Of a stretch of 25,183 bases of DNA, positions 16,601-22,988 are shown in pieces. The stretch is from the IMG/VR virus record IMGVR_UViG_3300005611_000181, positions 1 to 25,183 of that record; one strand, written 5' to 3'. The notes under the pieces were generated by a model. It did not search any database, was not told the origin of the DNA, and saw nothing but the letters and a program-made list of their open reading frames with translations. A program made the position numbers and the translations under genes. This DNA comes from a virus. Its lineage: Duplodnaviria > Caudoviricetes. Each line of letters starts with the position of its first letter. Position 1 is the stretch's first letter.

Positions 16601-17257
16601 ATGGCAAAGAAAAAAAACATCTTGGACGCAGGTTTGGTTATTCGACCAAAGAAAAAACCAACCGCTAAAAAATACAACAAACAAAACCCTGATGAGTTGC
16701 GCGGCCGTAAGCGTGTGAACGAAAACAGCCCTCTGACCCGCATGCAGGAAATCTTTATTAAAGAGTTGGTTTCCAACGACGGGACAATCACAGCAACCGA
16801 GGCAGCATTGCGGGCAGGATATTCTGAAAAGTCCGCCCCTGTCCGTGCGTCGCAAATGACAAACCCATATATCAGCCCGCACGTTTGCAAAAAGATTAAA
16901 GAGTATAAGGATGAGTTGGACGCAAAGTTTGGCGTGACCTATCAACGGCACGTTAGAGACTTGCAGCGCATCCGTGATCTTGCTTTACAGAACGGGGCAT
17001 ACTCTGCCGCAGTTCAAGCTGAATATCGTCGAGGCATGGCGCAAGGCGACATCTATGTTTCCAAATCTGAGATCAGACACGGCAGCATTGACAGCATGAG
17101 CAAAGAAGACGTTTTGAAAGCTTTGAATGAGTTGAAGACAACCTATGGCGACGCAATCGATATTACCCCAAATCAAGATGAAGACCGAGTCGGGACTTTA
17201 TCAGCAATTGAAAGCATCAACACAGAGATCGAAGACGCGGAATTTGATTCTAACTAG
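16601..17257 (+). CDS. terS: Terminase small subunit
   Basis: LTRMQEIFIKELV...TATEAALRAGYSEKSA matches the TerS N-terminal HTH (ATQAAIRAGYS type). The start could be 16589 or 16601. Confidence 0.8.
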   Translation: MAKKKNILDAGLVIRPKKKPTAKKYNKQNPDELRGRKRVNENSPLTRMQEIFIKELVSNDGTITATEAALRAGYSEKSAPVRASQMTNPYISPHVCKKIKEYKDELDAKFGVTYQRHVRDLQRIRDLALQNGAYSAAVQAEYRRGMAQGDIYVSKSEIRHGSIDSMSKEDVLKALNELKTTYGDAIDITPNQDEDRVGTLSAIESINTEIEDAEFDSN

Positions 17258-17585
17258 AATTGAAAATTCTGTTGGGCGTGGCATACCGGATCTTATGATC
17301 TGTGATGAGCGCGGCGCATTTCATTTTGTCGAGCTAAAGTTTTGTAAAGCAAACGCGGTAAAACTTAGCCCGCATCAAGTGGCTTGGCTTACTAAACACA
17401 AGCATAGTAGCAGTTGGATACTGGTAAAGCAGCAATCCAAGGCGACATCTGTCCCGAAATTGTTTTTGTACCATGCACGGCAAGCGATAGATTTAAAAAC
17501 GGATGGCCTCAAAACAGAGGCCATTTTTGTTTCCGAGAAAAAGTTTGATTGGGATTCCGTTTTTAACTTGATAAGTCCCACATGA
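17145..17585 (+). CDS. VRR-NUC/PD-(D/E)xK nuclease (Holliday-junction-resolvase-like)
   Basis: KTESG...GIPDL...FVELK...LSPHQVAW. Alternative start at 17178; overlaps the 3' end of terS. Confidence 0.8.
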   Translation: MATQSILPQIKMKTESGLYQQLKASTQRSKTRNLILTRIENSVGRGIPDLMICDERGAFHFVELKFCKANAVKLSPHQVAWLTKHKHSSSWILVKQQSKATSVPKLFLYHARQAIDLKTDGLKTEAIFVSEKKFDWDSVFNLISPT

Positions 17586-17602
17586 TCCCATAGACTCGCT
17601 TA
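17568..17602 (+). promoter_or_regulatory. Promoter with three operator heptamers
   Basis: TTGATA at 17568; TCCCACA 17576, TCCCATA 17586, TCGCTTA 17596. Confidence 0.6.
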
Positions 17603-17625
17603 CATGTTTAACAAACGAGGTGATG

Positions 17626-17715
17626 ATGTTTATATTTAATCTTATCGGGCGATTGCTCTATGGCGCGGATTACGAGGAACTGAGTAAGCGAACAAACAAA
17701 AGGCGACGCCGCTAA
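17626..17715 (+). CDS. Small basic peptide, 29 aa (absent from ORF track)
   Basis: RBS GAGGTG; MFIFNLIGRLLYGADYEELSKRTNKRRRR*; lies between its own promoter and terminator. Confidence 0.65.
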   Translation: MFIFNLIGRLLYGADYEELSKRTNKRRRR

Positions 17716-17721
17716 AAATTT

Positions 17722-17748
17722 AACCCCGCTCTTGACGCGGGGTTTTTT
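17722..17748 (+). terminator. Intrinsic terminator
   Basis: Stem AACCCCGC/GCGGGGTT followed by a T-tract. Confidence 0.8.
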
Positions 17749-17750
17749 AT

Positions 17751-17787
17751 TTGCCATTTATATGGGATTAATCGCATATCATGAGGT
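17751..17787 (+). promoter_or_regulatory. Promoter with palindromic operator
   Basis: TTGCCA at 17751; TATGGGA-TTAA-TCGCATA 17761-17778; RBS ATGAGGT. Confidence 0.65.
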
Positions 17788-17794
17788 AAACGTT

Positions 17795-18499
17795 ATGCTT
17801 AAAACTGTAGAAATTTCACGCGCTAAAAAAACCAAAGGTATCGCTGTAACATATCGGGCGGGCACAAAGAACAAATACGGGACGTGCCCGATTGATTGCA
17901 AAATGAATTGCAGCGGGACGGGGACCAAATCAATTGATTGGGAATATTTCGACGCGTTATTGGACGCGGTGCCGAGTAAAGGGGTTTCTTTTACATATTC
18001 GCATTTTGATCCGAATGTTTTTGGATGGGGCAAAAAACTAAAAGAGGGGAAAACCGTTGTAAACTTTTCAACGGAAAGCGCGCTTGCTGCGACGGCGTCA
18101 ATTTACAACGGCGTTCCCTCTGTTCTGGTGGTCCCCGCGGAATTTTGGCACGGCCGCAAAACTGCCGCGCCGCACGGGAAAACGATTGTGCGCTGCCCTG
18201 CCGAATATCGCGATATATCTTGCGCCCAATGCGGGAACGGTGAGCCATTGTGCGCCCGCCTCAATCGCAATTTTATTGTTGGATTTACTGCGCATGGTCC
18301 CAGTAAACGCGCGGCCGCTGATCCAACTATTCGCGGCGGATGTTATGCGGATGCGGGCAATTGTCGTATTTGGTGGGATCAGACCGCCAACGCGTCGCAA
18401 GATGAAACCGACGGGGAAAAACTAAAACGGTTTGTTTCTGGTTTGCCGCCGCGTTCTATTGTGCGCCACCATGTTGCGGGCGATATTGGCGCGGAATAA
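17795..18499 (+). CDS. Cys-rich phage protein (GP88-like, possible metal/Fe-S binding)
   Basis: ATG 17795 follows the RBS. Motifs TCPIDCKMNC, FTYSH, RCPAE..CAQC..LC, GFTAHG, GGCYA and RHHVAGD. The family link is from recall and unverified. Confidence 0.6.
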   Translation: MLKTVEISRAKKTKGIAVTYRAGTKNKYGTCPIDCKMNCSGTGTKSIDWEYFDALLDAVPSKGVSFTYSHFDPNVFGWGKKLKEGKTVVNFSTESALAATASIYNGVPSVLVVPAEFWHGRKTAAPHGKTIVRCPAEYRDISCAQCGNGEPLCARLNRNFIVGFTAHGPSKRAAADPTIRGGCYADAGNCRIWWDQTANASQDETDGEKLKRFVSGLPPRSIVRHHVAGDIGAE

Positions 18500-18518
18500 A
18501 ACTTTTAAAAATTTCCCA

Positions 18519-18594
18519 TTGCATAATATGGGACAATATGAGATAAACGGGGCGGGGTAATCCTGCCCCTTTGCATTTATGAGGTAAAAACATG
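18519..18594 (+). repeat. Promoter-operator-hairpin-RBS cassette, copy 1
   Basis: TTGCAT; TATGGGA 18527 and TATGAGA 18537; GGGGCGGG-GTAAT-CCTGCCCC 18549-18569; ATTTATGAGGTAAAAACATG. Confidence 0.85.
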
Positions 18595-19713
18595 CACAAT
18601 ATCGAAAACGAAAAAGGCACTTTAACGCAGCTTTTGAAAACCGTTCAAGAACGCGCCAACCGCAGCGCGGATTTCCTGACGTCCACAAATAACCTTGTTA
18701 AGACAACCGACGACGACGGGAAAGCCAAGCTTGTTATTGAGCAGGACGGCGGGGAACCAACTCGCATTTTGGACATTAACGATTTTACGCAGGGCCAAAT
18801 TGCGCAAGCGGCCGAAATCGACACCCGCACGGCCCGCCGCTTGCAAGCGAATTACCCCGCCGAATATGACGCGCTAATTAATGCGCGTTGGCAGAAAGAA
18901 CCCGTCAACCGCATGGTTCGGACATATCTAGACGGGGATGAAACAAGCGGAACGGCGCGGGCGTTTGTTTCGGATAAGTTTAAAACTTTCGACAACGTCA
19001 ATTTGTTGCAAGCAAGCTTGCCCCAATTGATGGAAAGCGATGCGCAATGGAAAGTTGTCAACGCGGATGTTTCTGATAAACGTCTTTATTTGCGCCTTAA
19101 ATCAGAAACCCAAACGGGAACGGGTGCGGCCGTCGGTGATGTTATGGCAAATGGCATAGGTTTCCAAAATTCGGAAGTTGGTGCGGGTTCGGTTTCTGTT
19201 TATCAGATCAATTGGACGTTGGCTTGCCTGAACGGTATGCAAACCCAAAACAAAACCCGCAGCTCTCATATTACAAGCGCCCGCGATCAATCCGATTACG
19301 GCCTTTTGTCGAATGAGGCCAAAGACGCCGACAATCGCGCACTGGAATTAAAGCTTCGGGATTTGACGGCCGCTTATGCGTCGCGTGAAAGCTTCGATGC
19401 GGTTCTTGACCAGATGCGCCGCGCGGCTGACGACGTGATTGAGGGTGAATTTGAAGTTGTCGACATTGTCGAGAGCGTCGGCACTGTTTTGAAATTGTCG
19501 AAAAAAGAAAACAACGACGTTTTGAACGGTTTGATGCAAACGATTGGTCAATCTGGTTATGAGCAGGGGCGGCCGCTATCCCGTGCGACGTTGGTCAACG
19601 CCGTGACCGCTTGCGCTCATAAAGCCGATATTGACGATGTCGATTTGTGGCAGGAACGCGGCGGGCAATTGCTCAATATATCCAACCGCGATTGGGCACG
19701 GATTGCCGCTTAA
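18592..19713 (+). CDS. DUF932-like phage/plasmid protein
   Basis: ARAFVSDKFKTFDN, NSEVGAGS, TLACLNGM and LVNAVT motifs are characteristic of DUF932-type proteins. Confidence 0.7.
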   Translation: MHNIENEKGTLTQLLKTVQERANRSADFLTSTNNLVKTTDDDGKAKLVIEQDGGEPTRILDINDFTQGQIAQAAEIDTRTARRLQANYPAEYDALINARWQKEPVNRMVRTYLDGDETSGTARAFVSDKFKTFDNVNLLQASLPQLMESDAQWKVVNADVSDKRLYLRLKSETQTGTGAAVGDVMANGIGFQNSEVGAGSVSVYQINWTLACLNGMQTQNKTRSSHITSARDQSDYGLLSNEAKDADNRALELKLRDLTAAYASRESFDAVLDQMRRAADDVIEGEFEVVDIVESVGTVLKLSKKENNDVLNGLMQTIGQSGYEQGRPLSRATLVNAVTACAHKADIDDVDLWQERGGQLLNISNRDWARIAA

Positions 19714-19724
19714 AGTTTTAAAGC

Positions 19725-19799
19725 TTTACATATAAGACAATATGCGATTTAATAGGGGCGGGGCAATCCTGCCCCTTTTTATTTGTGAGGGACAAAATG
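19725..19799 (+). repeat. Promoter-operator-hairpin-RBS cassette, copy 2
   Basis: TTTACA; TATAAGA 19731 and TATGCGA 19741; GGGGCGGG-GCAAT-CCTGCCCC 19755-19775; TTTTTATTTGTGAGGGACAAAATG. Confidence 0.85.
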
Positions 19800-20204
19800 A
19801 AAAATCTAGACTTAAATGGTCCAATGCTAACGCATGCAGAATTAAGCGCGCGAAATGAAAACCTATCCGCCCAATTGGAAGCGGCGCAAAATAACGCCGA
19901 TACTTACGAACGGGAACGCGATGCAATGCGCAACCAGATCGATGCGCTATTGGTACCGTCAATGGAACGCTACTTAAAAGGCGCGTTTGCGGATTACATG
20001 CGCGACAATTCCGATGCGTTTATGGATTTGGTAAATGATCATGAATACGAAATTCGCAACGCGTTGGATATTTCCGATGTCATCACCGAAAGCAACATTG
20101 AAGAATTTCAAACCAGCGACGACGACATAGCGCAAACCGTGCGCGATACGATCCGCGATTTTGTCCGCGACGGTACAATCACGGCAACGTTAGAGGTGAA
20201 ATGA
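19797..20204 (+). CDS. Hypothetical acidic coiled-coil protein
   Basis: ATG 19797 follows the cassette RBS; ATGA coupling to the next gene. Confidence 0.8.
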   Translation: MKNLDLNGPMLTHAELSARNENLSAQLEAAQNNADTYERERDAMRNQIDALLVPSMERYLKGAFADYMRDNSDAFMDLVNDHEYEIRNALDISDVITESNIEEFQTSDDDIAQTVRDTIRDFVRDGTITATLEVK

Positions 20205-20653
20205 TGAACAGTCCTATTTTTGCAATCGATCCGCAGGAAATCATTTTGGGCCTATGCGGCGCACAATGGAACCCAACCAACGACGATAACGTTTCGGACA
20301 TGCGCGACTATTGGCGCGACATGGTGGGCGTGATCCCGATGTTTTTTTGGGAAGCGGCCAACGCCGACGGGCGGGAATACATCACCGATCCCGCCTACCT
20401 TTTGCAATTCGTGGCCGACGGGATGGATAAGGCATACGGTTACGGCGGGTTTCAATCCAACGCTTGGACCAAAAACGGCGTGATCGATCCCGCGGGCGTT
20501 TATCGGTCTGGATACGACGACGATCCCGCGCTGCATCCAATCGTGAAATTGCAAACCGACGACGTTGAATGTTTCATTTACGATTGCGCAATCGTTGCGA
20601 TCCGACACCGCCAATTCAATTTGGATCAGGCGAAAATCGCGCGGTTTGACTAA
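20201..20653 (+). CDS. Hypothetical protein
   Basis: RBS GAGGTG; 150-aa ORF ending IARFD. Confidence 0.8.
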   Translation: MMNSPIFAIDPQEIILGLCGAQWNPTNDDNVSDMRDYWRDMVGVIPMFFWEAANADGREYITDPAYLLQFVADGMDKAYGYGGFQSNAWTKNGVIDPAGVYRSGYDDDPALHPIVKLQTDDVECFIYDCAIVAIRHRQFNLDQAKIARFD

Positions 20654-20719
20654 TAAGCGATAATATGCGATCAATTGGGCGGGGCAATCCCGCCCTTTTT
20701 ATTTGTGAGGTACAAAATG
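20646..20719 (+). repeat. Promoter-operator-hairpin-RBS cassette, copy 3
   Basis: TTGACT; TAAGCGA 20654 and TATGCGA 20664; GGGCGGG-GCAAT-CCCGCCC 20677-20695; TTTTTATTTGTGAGGTACAAAATG. Confidence 0.85.
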
Positions 20720-20971
20720 AAAATTGAAACGTTTCAATTGCCCGCGCACTGGGCCGCCGCTTTAATCAATGCAGATCCAAGCGGATTGGATGACGACGAC
20801 AACGCCGCATTAGACGCGTTCACGGTTTTTATGATGCGTGAGTTTAATCAATGTTGGCCGCTATCTTGCGACGACGAACCGCAATTCATGCGATATCACG
20901 ACGCTGCTCAATTTGGCGTTTTGGCTTGCGATACGTTAACTTATTCGTTCGATATAACGCCGCAACTCTAA
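20717..20971 (+). CDS. Small acidic hypothetical protein
   Basis: ATG 20717 follows the cassette RBS; LPAHWAAALINADPSGLDDDD. Confidence 0.8.
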   Translation: MKIETFQLPAHWAAALINADPSGLDDDDNAALDAFTVFMMREFNQCWPLSCDDEPQFMRYHDAAQFGVLACDTLTYSFDITPQL

Positions 20972-20998
20972 CCAACGAACCGCCACAAACCAACGATT

Positions 20999-21022
20999 GG
21001 CCCGCCCCGTGCGGGCCTTTTT
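20999..21022 (+). terminator. Intrinsic terminator closing the accessory block
   Basis: Stem GGCCCGC/GCGGGCC followed by a T-tract. Confidence 0.75.
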
Positions 21023-21223
21023 ATTTGTCTTTAATACAAGCCAGCGGCCGCCGCCCGTGCTGCCTGCTAAACGTACGACGCGCCCCGAACCGTGGGCCGT
21101 GGGCCTCGGATCCCGCCCCACCGATGACCAAACGCGCGGCGCAGCTGCCGATTAAAACTGCGCGGCGGCCGTGCGAACTGGACCGCCAACCGTGCAAATT
21201 TAACTGCGCCCAAAATCGCATTT

Positions 21224-21323
21224 ACAATTAATTGTCGGTGCAATTATTCGGATCGGTGCAATTAATTAATTGCATATGGCCGGTGATTTATTGCCCGCGG
21301 CCGGTGCATCTGATGTCACCGGC
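21224..21323. repeat. Palindrome and direct-repeat cluster in the non-coding region before terL
   Basis: ACAATTAATTGT 21224; TCGGTGCAATTA at 21235 and 21253; 18-bp palindrome TGCAATTAATTAATTGCA 21257-21274; GCCGGTG..CACCGGC 21300-21323. Confidence 0.7.
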
Positions 21324-21515
21324 AACGCGTCGGGTCCCCCGCATATCGGGTCATCAAACCACGGCCGGAAACCAAAAAACGCGATCCGCGCAGCGCGGCC
21401 CCCGCGCCGACCACTCGGGGGCTTGGGCCATGTTTTTCTCAAATAATTATCTGTAAAAACCAACGAATATGCATTATATGTTGGATATCGCATAAAATCG
21501 TTTAGGGTCCCCGAC

Positions 21516-22976
21516 ATGAATGCAACCACAAGTTCAGTAGAAGACAGGGCGTTAAAGCTTAGGCTGCGTCTGGCACAGATTGAAAAACAGGAATCTTGCC
21601 GTGAAAATTTTCTAGATTTTGTATCCGCCATGTGGCCAGACTTTATATCTGGTAGGCACCACCGAATTATAGCCGAAAAACTTGAACGGGTAGCTAGTGG
21701 TGAACTAAAGAGATTAATCATCAATATGGCCCCGCGGCACACGAAAAGTGAGTTCGCATCTTTTTTGTTTCCGGCGTGGATGATGGGCAAGAATCCTAAC
21801 ATGAAAATCATTCAGGCGACGCACACTACGGAGCTTGCTGTAAACTTTGGTCGGAAGACAAAGAACCTGATTGACAGTGACGAGTTCAAGGATGTTTTTC
21901 CTGACGTAAAGCTCGCGGCGGACAGTAAGGCCTCTGGTCGGTGGGACACGAGCCGTGGTGGTATGTACTATGCTGTTGGTGTTGGTTCGAACTTGGCTGG
22001 TCGTGGTGGTGACTTGGTTATTATCGATGACCCTCATTCTGAGCAGACGGCGATGAGTAACAGTGGTTTTGATGATGCATGGGATTGGTATACTGGGGGT
22101 CCCCGACAGCGTTTACAGCCGGGTGGCAGTATAGTTTTGGTTCAGACGCGTTGGTCTGAGAAGGACATGACGGGTCAGTTGTTGCGGGCGCAGGCTAAAG
22201 ACCCGTTGGCGGATCAGTGGGAAGTTGTGGAGTTGCCTGCTATTTTTGATGATGGGACTCCGTGTTGGCCTGAGTTTTGGAGTCTTGAGGATTTGACCGC
22301 GGTCCGCGCATCTATACCTCCGAGCAAGTGGAATGCGCAGTATCAGCAGAATCCTACTGGTGAGGAGAATGCGATTATCAAGCGTGAGTGGTGGCGGACT
22401 TGGGAGAAGAAGGACGTTCCTCAGTTGGAGTATGTGATACAGAGTTATGATACAGCGTTTAGTAAGCGCGAGAGTGCGGATTACAGTGCGATAACGACGT
22501 GGGGTGTTTTTTATCCGAATGAGGGTGGTTCGGGTCCTAATTTAATATTGTTAGATAGTAAGAAGGGGCGTTGGGAGTTTCCTGAGTTGAAGGCGATTGC
22601 ATTAGAGGAGTATGATTTTTGGGACCCTGACACTGTAATTGTAGAGGCGAAGGCGAGTGGTATGCCCTTGACGCATGAATTGCGCAACATGGGTATACCT
22701 GTTGTAAATTTCACCCCTAGTCGTGGTAATGACAAGGTGACTCGTGTACATAGTGTGAGTCCGTTGTTTGAGGCTGGGATGGTTTGGGCACCGGATACGA
22801 CTTTTGCGGATGAGATGATTGAGGAGGTTGCTGCGTTTCCGAATGGCGAGCATGACGACTTGGTTGATAGCATGACACAGGCCTTGATGCGTTATCGTCA
22901 AGGTAATTTTGTACAGTTGCCAACAGATGATTGGCAAGAAGGTGAAGAATCTGCTAGGATACGGGCATATTATTGA
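21516..22976 (+). CDS. terL: Terminase large subunit
   Basis: Walker A variant APRHTKS, Walker B IIDDPH, coupling motif VQTRW, and nuclease motifs QSYDTA and HDDLVDS. Confidence 0.95.
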   Translation: MNATTSSVEDRALKLRLRLAQIEKQESCRENFLDFVSAMWPDFISGRHHRIIAEKLERVASGELKRLIINMAPRHTKSEFASFLFPAWMMGKNPNMKIIQATHTTELAVNFGRKTKNLIDSDEFKDVFPDVKLAADSKASGRWDTSRGGMYYAVGVGSNLAGRGGDLVIIDDPHSEQTAMSNSGFDDAWDWYTGGPRQRLQPGGSIVLVQTRWSEKDMTGQLLRAQAKDPLADQWEVVELPAIFDDGTPCWPEFWSLEDLTAVRASIPPSKWNAQYQQNPTGEENAIIKREWWRTWEKKDVPQLEYVIQSYDTAFSKRESADYSAITTWGVFYPNEGGSGPNLILLDSKKGRWEFPELKAIALEEYDFWDPDTVIVEAKASGMPLTHELRNMGIPVVNFTPSRGNDKVTRVHSVSPLFEAGMVWAPDTTFADEMIEEVAAFPNGEHDDLVDSMTQALMRYRQGNFVQLPTDDWQEGEESARIRAYY

Positions 22977-22988
22977 TTGGAGTAGCTT

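Noticed and set aside
18519-20719. Repeats read as a CRISPR array or integron attC sites
   Set aside because: The intervals are whole genes of 0.9-1.2 kb, there is no cas or integrase gene in the window, and the repeats contain promoter and RBS elements rather than attC core sites.
20851-21456. Track ORFs 20851-21231 and 21232-21456 and their antisense counterparts
   Set aside because: They have TTG starts without an RBS and low-complexity Arg/Pro/Ala content, and the first crosses a terminator. The region is treated as non-coding.
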